Below the pieces are notes generated by a model. That model searched no databases. It was not told the DNA's origin and worked only from the letters and a program-made list of their open reading frames with translations. A stretch of DNA of 64,000 nt from Bacteroidota bacterium (lineage in GTDB: Bacteria > Bacteroidota > Bacteroidia > 2-12-FULL-35-15), in the NCBI GenBank assembly GCA_003151815.1, contig PLYN01000041.1:9919-73918 (forward strand). Reading direction: 5' to 3'. The position numbers and the translations under genes are program-made. Of this stretch, positions 1-9,663 are shown piece after piece (position 1 is the first letter of the stretch; every line of letters starts with the position of its first letter).

Positions 1-193
1 CCACCGCAGTGTCCAACACATTACCGAATCGATCGATACCAATCAGGCGATAATTCACGTGATCATATTCCACTTTTACAAGCTGTCCTGTTTTGCGAAC
101 TTTAATCGTTCCTCTTTTCCCATTACCACCTGTTTGTCCGTATATAGATAAACTGAATACAAAAAAGAATACTATTGTCAAAAATCTTTTCAT
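1..193 (-). CDS. Partial CDS (first ~64 codons; gene runs off the window start): hypothetical protein with signal-peptide-like N-terminus
   Basis: Minus-strand ATG at 193-191, open to position 1. My translation is MKRFLTIVFFFVFSLSIYGQTGGNGKRGTIKVRKTGQLVKVEYDHVNYRLIGIDRFGNVLDTAV. Absent from the ORF track because it is truncated. Confidence 0.4.
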   Translation of the reverse strand, partial: MKRFLTIVFFFVFSLSIYGQTGGNGKRGTIKVRKTGQLVKVEYDHVNYRLIGIDRFGNVLDTAV

Positions 194-280
194 CAATATA
201 TAAGATCAATTAAAATCTATGTTGATTAGCAGCAGATATTTAATCTGTCTATTTGTAAAGCTAATATTATTGTTTGTAAA

Positions 281-320
281 AACAAATAAAAAAACACACA
301 GCAATTTTTATGCTGTGTGT
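281..320 (-). terminator. Rho-independent terminator downstream of mscL
   Basis: Perfect 10-bp stem acacacagca (294-303) / tgctgtgtgt (311-320) with a 7-nt loop. On the minus strand the stem is followed by a T-run (A-run 281-293 on plus). Confidence 0.65.
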
Positions 321-340
321 TGATTTTATAATTGAGAAAA

Positions 341-730
341 TTATTTTTTTAAAAGATCTCTGATTTCAGTAAGTAATTGCTCTTGTGTAGGTCCTATAGG
401 TGATGCCGGCGGATGCGGCAAGGCAGCTTCTTCTAGTTTTTTAGCTGCGTTTATCCCCTTAATGATCAGGAATAAAACAAATGTAACAATAACAAAATTG
501 ATAACAGAGGATAGAAAAACTCCATATTTCACAGAACCAAATGCCGTAAGCTCCTGAAGATTTTTTAAATGAGCTGCATCCATTGCCGGCTGGAGCAATA
601 AAGGTGTAATTACATCTTCAATAAAAGAGCTTACTATTTTACCAAAAGCTCCGCCAATGATAACACCTATTGCTAGATCAATTACATTGCCCTTCATGGC
701 AAATGTTTTAAACTCTGAAATGAATCCCAT
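341..730 (-). CDS. mscL: Large-conductance mechanosensitive channel MscL
   Basis: 129 aa. The N-terminus [35 protein letters not shown] matches the conserved MscL TM1 signature (as I recall E. coli MscL: [29 protein letters not shown]). Confidence 0.93.
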   Translation of the reverse strand: [129 protein letters not shown]

Positions 731-777
731 TTTTTTAATTTTTTAGAAGCAACAACCTGTCAATAAATATGCCAATA

Positions 778-812
778 AAAAATGCGCCCCGATTTTTTCG
801 AAGCGCATTTTT
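778..812 (-). terminator. Rho-independent terminator downstream of icd
   Basis: Stem aaaaatgcgc (778-787) / gcgcattttt (803-812). On the minus strand it runs into tttttattgg. Lies 12 nt after the icd stop. Confidence 0.6.
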
Positions 813-823
813 AAAAAGTATTT

Positions 824-2056
824 TTACTTACCTAATTTTGCTTTTAAATTCTGATCAATAGCATCTAAAAACTCTTCAGTATATAAATAATGTTCGCCAT
901 GATTTACCTTATCACCATGAATACAAACAGCCAGATCTTTTGTCATCTTGCCTGATTCAACAGTTTCAACACATACTTTTTCCAATGTTTGACAGAAATC
1001 AATTAATTCCTGATTCTTATCAATTTGTCCACGAAACTCTAAACCTCTTGTCCATGCAAAAATAGATGCAATTGGATTGGATGAAGTAGGTCTGCCAGCC
1101 TGATGCTCACGATAGTGACGGGTTATAGTGCCATGAGCTGCTTCTGCCTCCATTACTTTTCCGTCAGGAGTGATCAAAACAGATGTCATTAAACCCAGTG
1201 AACCGAAACCTTGCGCGAGCGTATCTGATTGAACATCGCCATCATAATTTTTACATGCCCATATAATATTTCCATGCATTTTTAATACTGAAGCAACCAT
1301 ATCATCTATCAAACGGTGTTCATAAACAATACCGAGAGCTGCAAATTTTGTTTTAAATTTTCTTTGATAGATCTCTTCAAAAATATCTTTAAAACGGCCA
1401 TCGTATTTTTTAAGAATGGTATTTTTAGTTGATAGATACAGTGGCCATTTTTTTTGCAAAGCCCTGTTGAAACATGATTTAGCAAATCCTCGGATACTCT
1501 CATCCGTGTTATACATCGCCATTCCTATACCATCACTTCTGAAATTAAATACCCTGTATGATTCCGGTGGCCTGTTATCGTCAGGCGTAAATGTAACAGT
1601 TAGTGTGCCTTTTCCTTTGGTAATAAAATCAGTGGCAGTGTATTGATCACCGTATGCATGTCTGCCGATACAAATTGGGGCGGACCAGTTAGGCACAAGG
1701 CGGGGTACATTCTGACAAATAATTGGTTCACGAAAAACAGTTCCATCCAAAATGTTGCGAATAGTACCGTTTGGCGATTTCCACATTTGTTTTAAATTAA
1801 ATTCTTTTACGCGTTTTTCGTCCGGAGTAATAGTAGCACATTTAATACCCACACGGTATTTTCTAATTGCCTCTGCTGCGTCCATAGTTACCTGATCATT
1901 AGTAGCATCACGATTTTCAATGCCAAGATCAAAATATTTAATTTTCAAATCAAGATACGGAAGAATTAATTTATCTTTAATAAATTTCCAAATGATACGC
2001 GTCATTTCATCTCCGTCCAATTCAACTACAGATTTTGTTACTATAATTTTACTCAT
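824..2056 (-). CDS. icd: NADP-dependent isocitrate dehydrogenase (eukaryote-like subfamily II, ~410 aa)
   Basis: 410 aa. [33 protein letters not shown] and the overall length are typical of homodimeric type-II NADP-IDH. Confidence 0.93.
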   Translation of the reverse strand: MSKIIVTKSVVELDGDEMTRIIWKFIKDKLILPYLDLKIKYFDLGIENRDATNDQVTMDAAEAIRKYRVGIKCATITPDEKRVKEFNLKQMWKSPNGTIRNILDGTVFREPIICQNVPRLVPNWSAPICIGRHAYGDQYTATDFITKGKGTLTVTFTPDDNRPPESYRVFNFRSDGIGMAMYNTDESIRGFAKSCFNRALQKKWPLYLSTKNTILKKYDGRFKDIFEEIYQRKFKTKFAALGIVYEHRLIDDMVASVLKMHGNIIWACKNYDGDVQSDTLAQGFGSLGLMTSVLITPDGKVMEAEAAHGTITRHYREHQAGRPTSSNPIASIFAWTRGLEFRGQIDKNQELIDFCQTLEKVCVETVESGKMTKDLAVCIHGDKVNHGEHYLYTEEFLDAIDQNLKAKLGK

Positions 2057-2103
2057 GATTAAAAAAAATTTAAATTGTCAATTGCAGATCTTAATTTGAA
2101 TTG

Positions 2104-2111
2104 CAAATATA
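2104..2111 (-). promoter_or_regulatory. Candidate Bacteroidota -7 promoter box (TAnnTTTG) for icd
   Basis: Plus strand caaatata = minus-strand TATATTTG, ~47 nt upstream of the icd ATG (2056). Confidence 0.4.
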
Positions 2112-2511
2112 AGATTTAGATTGAAATAAAATTGTCAAAAATAAAGTATTTGCATACAGTCTTTTATCTTATTGCATTCATTTAATAGTGTGTTCAATAT
2201 CCTATTGAACATATTTACTTCCTTATATTATTATCCAACATATATTTTAGGGACATTTTAATCTTAATTAATAAACCCTTGCATGGAACCTGTTAAAAAA
2301 GCATTTGTATAATGCTGATCAATTGAAATGTCCTAAAACAATTGATATTATTGAATTTATAAGCATTTTTTCTCGAAATTGAGTGTTGGCGTTTTTACGA
2401 ATTGTTAATAAATTACAAAAAAGATTTGAAACTTTTATTTCTATGCATGCGTAACAAGGTACAAAAAAAGAAAGTATCGGAATGTTCCAAATAAATTAAT
2501 ACTTACAAATC

Positions 2512-4764
2512 ATGAAAAAAATCTACACCTCAATTTCGATTGTCTGTCTGGCATCCATGGGTGCCCTTGCGCAAACGGCAGGAAGTCCTACCCCGACACC
2601 ACCTGCTAATTCAAATGTAGCAGTTAAAGGAACATCTACCGCAACTACTTGCGATGGTTCTGCTAGTTTTAATCAGGGAAATGTTACGGCTTGGAAATGG
2701 TATAAAGACACCACTTTATTACAAACAAATGGTGTTCAACTCACTTCATTATGTGATGGTAATTATTATATTAAATATTTAGATTCGGCAGGAGTTAATA
2801 CCATTACCAATCAATTCGCTATCGGGCTTGCTAGTGGTAGTACAACCGGTACAACAAACCCCAACCCGACGCCACCTGCTAATTCAAATGTAGCAGTTAA
2901 AGGAACATCTACCGCAACTACCTGCGATGGTTCTGCTAGTTTTAACCAGGCAAATGTTACGGCTTGGAAATGGTATAAAGACACCACTTTATTACAAACA
3001 AATGGTGTTCAACTCACTTCATTATGTGATGGTAATTATTCTGTTAAATATTTAGATTCGGCAGGCGTTAATACCATTACCAATCAATTCGCTATTGGGC
3101 TTGCCAGTGGTAGTACAACGGGAACAAACCCAGGAACAACAAATACAGGTGGTAACACAGGTGGTGGTGGAACGGGTACTTGTGCAAGCTTTGAAGCACA
3201 TGCTGTAGCAACAAATGTAACAGCTGCCGGTGCATGCGATGGTAAAGCGGAGATTGTTATTGTAAAAGCAGGAACAGCTCCTTATACCTATAAATGGTCT
3301 AATTCAAAATTAACTACTAAAGCTCTTACCGGTCTTTGTGCTGGTAGTTTTCAAATGATTGCAACTGATTCTGCAGGTTGTACCTATACAGATTCTGTTC
3401 AGGTTTTCCCATTTAACGCTACCGACCCTTGTCTTCATTTCAAGGCACATGTTGTACCGCACAATGAAACCTCACCGGGGGCATGTGATGGTACTGCAGA
3501 AGGTGTTGCTGATGGAGGTGCGGCACCATATAGTTATACTTGGAACAATGTTAATGTAACTACTGCAATTAATCCAAACCTTTGCAGTGGTATGGTAATA
3601 GTAACTGCTACAGATGGAAACAAATGTATTGCCAGAGATTCAGCTATTTTGGGAGCACTTGCAACAATTAATAGCAATCCCTGCCAATTTTTTGCAGTAC
3701 GTACAATTGTGATTAATGACACAGCACATACTGCTGCTAATGCTTGTGGAGGATATGTAGAAGCAGTTTGCAAGGGTGGTAGAGGACTATTAACTTTTAT
3801 ATGGTCTGATAATACTGCCAATTCAACTCCATTCCGTCACAATGCCTGTAAAGGAGCATATACAGTAACTGTAAGAGATTCTACAGGTTGTTCTGCAACT
3901 ATTAATACTTTTGTAGGAGCTAATCAACCACCGGTTATGACGCCTCCTGCTCCGGGAGTTATGCCTTTACATATTTTTGTTAAAACGATGGATGTAAGCA
4001 ATGCCGCATTGTGCAATGGTAAGGCTTATGCAAGAGCTGATGGCGGACATGCACCTTACAAATATAGTTTCGGTGCAACTTCAACAACAGGAGCAATCTG
4101 CCCTATGGATTCGCTTTGTGCAGGATTTTATACTGTAAATGTAATGGATGCCGATTCTGCAACTGCGTCTTTCGTATTTGTAATTGGATCTCCGAAAACA
4201 ACGTTTACACCGGCAAGACCTCCTTTTGTTAATCCGATAATCAAGGATACATTAGTTGCAAACGCTATTACAAATTGCGTTATTAACTATGACCTGATCG
4301 ATTCAATTCGTATCACACATTCTAATTTAGTTGGAGCTGATACTCTTAAAGCTGTGTGGACTGTGTTCCAAAGTACAGGTGGAACGCATTTATTTACGCA
4401 AAATTACAAAGTAAATGCAACAGCCGGTATCTTCACTTGCGTTTTAGATCTGTTCTGCACAAACCGTGCGTCAGGAGATGCTAAAGCTCAAGATCAAATA
4501 GATATTGGACTTTTATCTGGAATAAAAACGGTTGAAACAATTAATACAAGCATTTATCCAAATCCATTCGATAATCAATTGAATGTAGTTACTGATAAAA
4601 ATGCAACTGTTAATATTGTTGATATAACAGGTCGTAATGTTTATACAGGAGTAATTAATGCCGGTATCAATACCATAAGTACTGATCAGTTAAACTCAGG
4701 TTTATACATCATTAATATCAGAACTGCACAAAAAATGATTACAAGAAAATTAATTAAACATTAA
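2512..4764 (+). CDS. Secreted Cys-rich repeat adhesin-like protein with T9SS C-terminal sorting domain
   Basis: 750 aa with a signal peptide (…CLASMGALAQ). Contains two near-identical 91-aa N-terminal repeats and four modules of the type C-x-G...(A)PY-x-Y-x-W...C...D-x-x-G-C (SprB-repeat-like). The C-terminus SIYPNPFDNQLNVV...GLYIINIRT resembles the T9SS type-A CTD. Confidence 0.8.
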   Translation: MKKIYTSISIVCLASMGALAQTAGSPTPTPPANSNVAVKGTSTATTCDGSASFNQGNVTAWKWYKDTTLLQTNGVQLTSLCDGNYYIKYLDSAGVNTITNQFAIGLASGSTTGTTNPNPTPPANSNVAVKGTSTATTCDGSASFNQANVTAWKWYKDTTLLQTNGVQLTSLCDGNYSVKYLDSAGVNTITNQFAIGLASGSTTGTNPGTTNTGGNTGGGGTGTCASFEAHAVATNVTAAGACDGKAEIVIVKAGTAPYTYKWSNSKLTTKALTGLCAGSFQMIATDSAGCTYTDSVQVFPFNATDPCLHFKAHVVPHNETSPGACDGTAEGVADGGAAPYSYTWNNVNVTTAINPNLCSGMVIVTATDGNKCIARDSAILGALATINSNPCQFFAVRTIVINDTAHTAANACGGYVEAVCKGGRGLLTFIWSDNTANSTPFRHNACKGAYTVTVRDSTGCSATINTFVGANQPPVMTPPAPGVMPLHIFVKTMDVSNAALCNGKAYARADGGHAPYKYSFGATSTTGAICPMDSLCAGFYTVNVMDADSATASFVFVIGSPKTTFTPARPPFVNPIIKDTLVANAITNCVINYDLIDSIRITHSNLVGADTLKAVWTVFQSTGGTHLFTQNYKVNATAGIFTCVLDLFCTNRASGDAKAQDQIDIGLLSGIKTVETINTSIYPNPFDNQLNVVTDKNATVNIVDITGRNVYTGVINAGINTISTDQLNSGLYIINIRTAQKMITRKLIKH
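2590..3130 (+). repeat. In-frame tandem duplication, period 273 nt (91 aa), 2 copies
   Basis: ccacctgctaattcaaatgtagcagttaaagg... starts at 2599 and again at 2872. By eye there are only ~8 substitutions over ~250 aligned nt. Confidence 0.9.
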
Positions 4765-4779
4765 TTTCTAATTGTTATC

Positions 4780-4819
4780 AAAAAAAACGGCTGCCTCATT
4801 TCGAGGCAGCCGTTTTTTT
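4780..4819. terminator. Bidirectional rho-independent terminator between convergent genes
   Basis: A8 run, then perfect 10-bp GC-rich stem cggctgcctc (4788-4797) / gaggcagccg (4803-4812) with loop atttc, then T7 run. Serves 2512..4764 (+) and 4861..6864 (-). Confidence 0.85.
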
Positions 4820-4860
4820 ATACATGTTGCTGAACGATAATAACAAGCTAACTCAGGTTA

Positions 4861-6864
4861 TTATTTCAATTTGTTTTTCAATTCATTGATATACCCATCA
4901 TCTACTGCATAACCCATACTTTGAGCTTTTAATGCATCTTCCAAAGCATCTTTAAATTTTCCTAATCCTTTATTAATAAAAGAGCGGTTAAAATATGTAA
5001 CACTGTTATTCGGATTCAATTGTATTGAAGTCGTGTTATCCAAAAGTGCTTGAGATAGTTTTTCTAACTTAAAATAGGCAAAACTTCTATAGAAGAAATA
5101 GTCGGAGTTAGTTGGATTTTCCTGAATTAATTCATTCAGATCAGCAATTGCTTTTTCATAATTTCCGATACTAATATATACGCGGCTCCTGTTTTGCTTT
5201 GCTGCCATTAAACCCGGATTCAATGTTAAGGCAGTATTATAATCAATAATGGCTTTATCAAATTGTTTCATCAAACTATATGCTCCTGCGCGATTCAAAA
5301 ATGTTTGGGCATCTGTTTTATCTAACTGGATGGCTCTTGAATAATCATTTAAAGCTAAATCAAACTGACCTTTTAAACCATATATATTTGCCCGGCCGGT
5401 CAATACTTTTGCATTATTAGGATTCAATTTAATGGAATTATTGAAATCTTCAAGTGCTCTGTCGAATTCATTTTCCTCAATATTTTTTTGACCTTTATCA
5501 ATTGCATTTTTGTTTACCAAATAGCTTGCTCTACTCCAGTATGCTTCACTATTCGGATATTTTTTTATAGCGTCTGTCCATAAAGTGTCGCTATTTTTCC
5601 AGATTTTTACACGTTCATAAGTAAGTACCACACAAGTTACAGCACAAAGAATCAAAAAAGGCAAGGAATTTTTTTTCAATAAAATATAATTTTCACCTTC
5701 TTGATTTCTCAACCATTCATAACCCATCCCAATTGGGAAAAGCAGGCCTACATATGAAAGATATGAATACCTGTCGGCCATAATAACCTTGCCGACTGAT
5801 ATAAATTGCAATACCAATGCTATGGTTACACAAAAAAATAAAAAACCAAAAACAAGAATTTTATTTTTTCGAATACTCCGGAAAACGATTGCAAATAATA
5901 CCAAAATTACAATGGGTGAAATGTTAAAAATAATTGGAAGATGACCATTTGCAGGATCCGGATAAGGATAAAAACAAGATAGATTTAAAGGGATAAATAA
6001 ATGGTAAATGTAATTGACCATCCCATAAGATGCGAATTCAAAACGTTGCAACCAGGTAAACGTTTCAAGATCCGCTATGACCGATCCTTTCGATTGTATA
6101 TGGTAAGCCAAAATACCAAACAGGAAAGAAAATATGAAAAAGGGAACTTTTTCCAAAACGGAATATTTTTCAAATTTACGCCCTTCATAATAATCAATTA
6201 ATAATAACACGAATGGTAAAACCACTGCCATGGCTTTGGATAAAATGGATAATAAAAAAAGTAAGATGGTGAAAGCGTAAAGTAGGAATTTATTTTTGCC
6301 TTCAGCGTGAATGTATTTGTAATAACTAATCAATGATGCCATAAAAAAGAAAACATATACTACATCCTTTCTTTCGGCTATCCATGCTACCGATTCGACG
6401 TGCATGGGATGTATCCCAAAAAACAACGCAACGATGGCTGCAACGTAAACTTTTTTGCCGCTTAGTAAAAATATAAACCAAAATACCAGTGCTGTATTTA
6501 GTAAATGAAATAGCAAATTGGTAGCATGATATGTCTTCGGATTGTATTGGGATAGCTTATAATCAATAGCAAACGAAAGGATAGTAATAGGATGATAATT
6601 AAGCGCTACCTGATTATCGGTATTAAATATTTTTTTTACGTTGTCTCCCGAAAGACTAGTAATCAATTTGTTTTCTCCGATATAAATATTGTCATCCCAA
6701 TTGGTAAAACCATTTTTTAATGCCGGGGAAAAAGCAATAAAAGTAAGTATCAAAATACCTGAAAGCCAAAGGATTTTATTTTTATAAATTGTTTCTTTAG
6801 AGAGAATATTTTTTTTTGATATATCTGAATGTTGTTTTGCTCCTCTTTGTTTTTTATTACTCAT
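4861..6864 (-). CDS. Polytopic membrane protein with C-terminal TPR repeats (DUF1736/TMTC-like, putative GT-C-type protein glycosyltransferase)
   Basis: 667 aa. The ~430-aa multi-TM N-domain has GFTNWDDNIYIGEN and HPMHVESVAWIAERKDV, resembling the TMTC/DUF1736 HP-x-H-x-E motif. The C-terminal ~230 aa are TPR repeats (ALEDFNNSIKLNPNNAK...). Confidence 0.7.
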   Translation of the reverse strand: MSNKKQRGAKQHSDISKKNILSKETIYKNKILWLSGILILTFIAFSPALKNGFTNWDDNIYIGENKLITSLSGDNVKKIFNTDNQVALNYHPITILSFAIDYKLSQYNPKTYHATNLLFHLLNTALVFWFIFLLSGKKVYVAAIVALFFGIHPMHVESVAWIAERKDVVYVFFFMASLISYYKYIHAEGKNKFLLYAFTILLFLLSILSKAMAVVLPFVLLLIDYYEGRKFEKYSVLEKVPFFIFSFLFGILAYHIQSKGSVIADLETFTWLQRFEFASYGMVNYIYHLFIPLNLSCFYPYPDPANGHLPIIFNISPIVILVLFAIVFRSIRKNKILVFGFLFFCVTIALVLQFISVGKVIMADRYSYLSYVGLLFPIGMGYEWLRNQEGENYILLKKNSLPFLILCAVTCVVLTYERVKIWKNSDTLWTDAIKKYPNSEAYWSRASYLVNKNAIDKGQKNIEENEFDRALEDFNNSIKLNPNNAKVLTGRANIYGLKGQFDLALNDYSRAIQLDKTDAQTFLNRAGAYSLMKQFDKAIIDYNTALTLNPGLMAAKQNRSRVYISIGNYEKAIADLNELIQENPTNSDYFFYRSFAYFKLEKLSQALLDNTTSIQLNPNNSVTYFNRSFINKGLGKFKDALEDALKAQSMGYAVDDGYINELKNKLK

Positions 6865-6943
6865 TTAGGTTTTTATGTAAATGCTTCATTTAATACGTTC
6901 CTCGCAATGACGCGCTAAATAGGCTTTCTATTGTTTTATTTCT

Positions 6944-8959
6944 TTACTGTATTTTATTTTTCAATTCATTTATGTAATCCGCATTTACTGGATAACCCAA
7001 ACTTTGCGCTTTTAACGCATCATTCAAGGCATCCTTAAATTTACCTGAAGATTTATCAGCGACTGAACGATTAAAATAAGCACCACTATTGCTTGGATTT
7101 AATTGTATAGCCATCGTATTATCTGCTATGGCTGCAGATGCATTCCCGCTGTTAAAATAGGCTACACCTCTGTATAAATAATTATTGGAATTAGAGGGAT
7201 CCAATTTAATTAATTCATTCAAATCTATAATTGCTTTTTCATAATTTCCATTATCCACGTATGCATACGCCCTGCTTTGCTTGGCTGATTTAAAATCCGG
7301 TTTCATCATTAAAGCGGTGCTATAATCTTCTATGGCTTTATCATATTGTTTCATCATACTGTATGTTACCGCTCTGTTAAAAAATGTTTGATCGTCTGTT
7401 TTATCCAATTCAATTGCCTTAGAATAATCAGCTAACGCTAAATCGAAACGACCTTTTAATCCATGAATATTTGCCCGATTGGTAAATACTTTTGCACTGT
7501 TTGGATTTAATTTTATAGAGAAATTAAAATCTTCCAGCGCTCTGTCAATTTCCATTTCTCCTACCTTCTTTTCTCCCAGATCATAAGCCTTTTTATTTAT
7601 CAAATAACTCCCTCTGTTCCGATAGGAAGATTCGCTATCAGGATATTTATTTATCGCATCTGTCCATAATACATCGCTATTTTTCCAGACTTTGGTACGT
7701 TCGAAAGTAAGCCATAAAGTTACCGCAGCAAATGCTATTAATAAAGCCATCGAAAGCTGTTTATACAGATTAAATTTTTTATCCCTTTGCTGATGCAGCC
7801 AATCGTAGCTCATGGCTACTGGAAAAAGTAAACCAACGTATGGAAGATAGGAATACCTATCCGCTACAATTACTTGACCCACAGAAATAAATTGCAATAC
7901 CAGTGCAACGGTGATACTAAAAAATAGAAAACCGAAAGCGAAAATTTTATTTTTCTTCAGGCTAAGAAAAACCAAAACGAAAAAGCCCAATATGATAACA
8001 GGACAAACATAAAATAATAATGGAAGATGATCATCCACTAAATGCGGGTAAGGGTAAAAACAGGAAAGGTGTGTTGGAACAAATAACTTATAAATATAAT
8101 TGACCATTCCGTAAGACGCGAATGTTAATCGTTGTATCCAGGTAAATGTTTCAAACTTAGCAATAGCAGCCCCTTTCGCCTGTATATGCGAAGCCAATAT
8201 TCCAAATAATAAAGACAAAGCAAAAAAAGGAATTTTTTCAAGAATAACATATTTATCAAATTTGCGCCCTTTGTAAAAATCAATTAATAAAAAAATAATG
8301 GGCAATACTACTGCCATAGCTTTTGATAATAAAGACAATAAAAAAAGAAATAAAATAAGGACATACAACAGAATTTTATTTTTTCCTTCATACTCAATAA
8401 ATTTATAATAAGCTACCAACGCCGCCATAAAAAAGAAAACATAAAGCACATCTTTTCGTTCTGAGATCCACGCCACGGACTCGACATGCATGGGATGTAT
8501 CCCAAAAAACAAGGCGACAATTACAGCAACAATTACTTTTTTGTCGCTCAATAAAAATATAAACCAAAATACCAATGCTGTATTAAATAAATGAAAGATC
8601 AAATTAGTAATGTGGTATGTTTTCGGTTGGTATCCAGACAATTTATAATCTATTGCCAATGAAAGAATAGTGATGGGATGATAATTGAGTGATACATGAT
8701 TGTCGGGATTAAACATTTTTTTTATGTTATCTCCCGACAAGCTCTTTATTAAAGTGTTTTCACCGATATACACATTGTCATCCCAATTGGTAAATCCGTT
8801 TTTTAAGGAAGGGGAAAATGCGATATAGGTAAGTAGCATCACACCTGAAAGCCAAAGCAATGTGGCTTTATTAGCTCCTTGCGTAGTTGCCTGAATAACT
8901 TTTTTCGCTGAATCCTGATTTGATTTTTCTTGTTTTTTTCTGCTCATAAGTTGAAACAA
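6944..8959 (-). CDS. Tandem paralog of the TMTC-like membrane/TPR protein
   Basis: 671 aa, colinear with 4861..6864 (same motifs GFTNWDDNVYIGEN, HPMHVESVAWISERKDV, same TPR tail). The track start is TTG. An internal ATG (MSRKKQ, 8947) is an alternative start. Confidence 0.7.
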   Translation of the reverse strand: MFQLMSRKKQEKSNQDSAKKVIQATTQGANKATLLWLSGVMLLTYIAFSPSLKNGFTNWDDNVYIGENTLIKSLSGDNIKKMFNPDNHVSLNYHPITILSLAIDYKLSGYQPKTYHITNLIFHLFNTALVFWFIFLLSDKKVIVAVIVALFFGIHPMHVESVAWISERKDVLYVFFFMAALVAYYKFIEYEGKNKILLYVLILFLFLLSLLSKAMAVVLPIIFLLIDFYKGRKFDKYVILEKIPFFALSLLFGILASHIQAKGAAIAKFETFTWIQRLTFASYGMVNYIYKLFVPTHLSCFYPYPHLVDDHLPLLFYVCPVIILGFFVLVFLSLKKNKIFAFGFLFFSITVALVLQFISVGQVIVADRYSYLPYVGLLFPVAMSYDWLHQQRDKKFNLYKQLSMALLIAFAAVTLWLTFERTKVWKNSDVLWTDAINKYPDSESSYRNRGSYLINKKAYDLGEKKVGEMEIDRALEDFNFSIKLNPNSAKVFTNRANIHGLKGRFDLALADYSKAIELDKTDDQTFFNRAVTYSMMKQYDKAIEDYSTALMMKPDFKSAKQSRAYAYVDNGNYEKAIIDLNELIKLDPSNSNNYLYRGVAYFNSGNASAAIADNTMAIQLNPSNSGAYFNRSVADKSSGKFKDALNDALKAQSLGYPVNADYINELKNKIQ

Positions 8960-9084
8960 AAATAGTAATTCTTAAGAATGTTTGCCGGGCATGATCTTAA
9001 ATTTCGTCACTCTAAAACGAATTTATTATTGGCATTTTTTCAATCTTCAATCTTTCAATTTGTAATCTACAAATCAGCACATCG

Positions 9085-9438
9085 TTAATGTGTAAATGTC
9101 CATGCCCACCAGATCAAAACAATTTGAAGCGGAAGGCGGGCAACAGTACCCCAGAAAAAAGGATTTTTCTTTTGCCAGAAAGTAACCGACATCTGAATGT
9201 TTGCAGGAAACACTGCTATTAACAATGCTATCAGTAGCCAAGCGCCAAGCACTCGCGTACTTTCAGAAATAAGCATTGCACCAAATAGTATCTCGAAAAC
9301 ACCACTGATGTTTACTAAACTCAAATGATGTTTTAAAGGTATGTATGTGGGAACTATTTTTAAAAAGAATCGCGGATTGACAAAATGATAAATTCCTGCT
9401 GCGATGTAGAGGCCCGACATAAAGTAGAGTGATAGCAT
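9085..9438 (-). CDS. Small 4-TM membrane protein, DoxX-like
   Basis: 117 aa with four hydrophobic helices. The VFPANIQM motif is as I recall from the DoxX-like family. Assignment by memory only. Confidence 0.5.
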   Translation of the reverse strand: MLSLYFMSGLYIAAGIYHFVNPRFFLKIVPTYIPLKHHLSLVNISGVFEILFGAMLISESTRVLGAWLLIALLIAVFPANIQMSVTFWQKKNPFFWGTVARLPLQIVLIWWAWTFTH

Positions 9439-9519
9439 ATTTATTTTTTTAAGTTAAAAGATTTGTTCGTCAACAAAACTACTATATATTTTGAAATTTA
9501 TTTGATAGAAAAAGTTTTT

Positions 9520-9653
9520 ACCAAGGAGGCACGGAGAACATAGAGTTACACAGAGAAATATTCTTTTAATTTGTTTTCTTTAAGTTTGTTTTTTCAGGAA
9601 AGAGTTTCTCAGAGTCCTCCGTGTTTTCTTTGTGCTCTCTGTGCCTCCGTGGT
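9520..9653. repeat. Imperfect ~38-nt inverted repeat (cacggaggcac-type) downstream of lhgO
   Basis: Left arm accaaggaggcacggagaacatagagttacacagagaaa (9520-9558). Reverse complement of the right arm (9607-9653) is accacggaggcacagagagcacaaagaaaacacggaggactctgaga. The terminal 17 nt differ at 2 positions. Confidence 0.6.
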
Positions 9654-9663
9654 TTATTTTTAT

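Noticed and set aside
1309-1646. Short ORFs within or antisense to icd. Similar cases lie inside lhgO (9813-10814), pst genes, RND/MFP genes (21285-25678), maeB, sprA, the RM gene (59952-61485) and the ZIP gene (58171-58664).
   Set aside because: All are embedded in, or antisense to, well-supported longer CDSs and lack motifs. They are typical spurious ORFs of AT-rich DNA.
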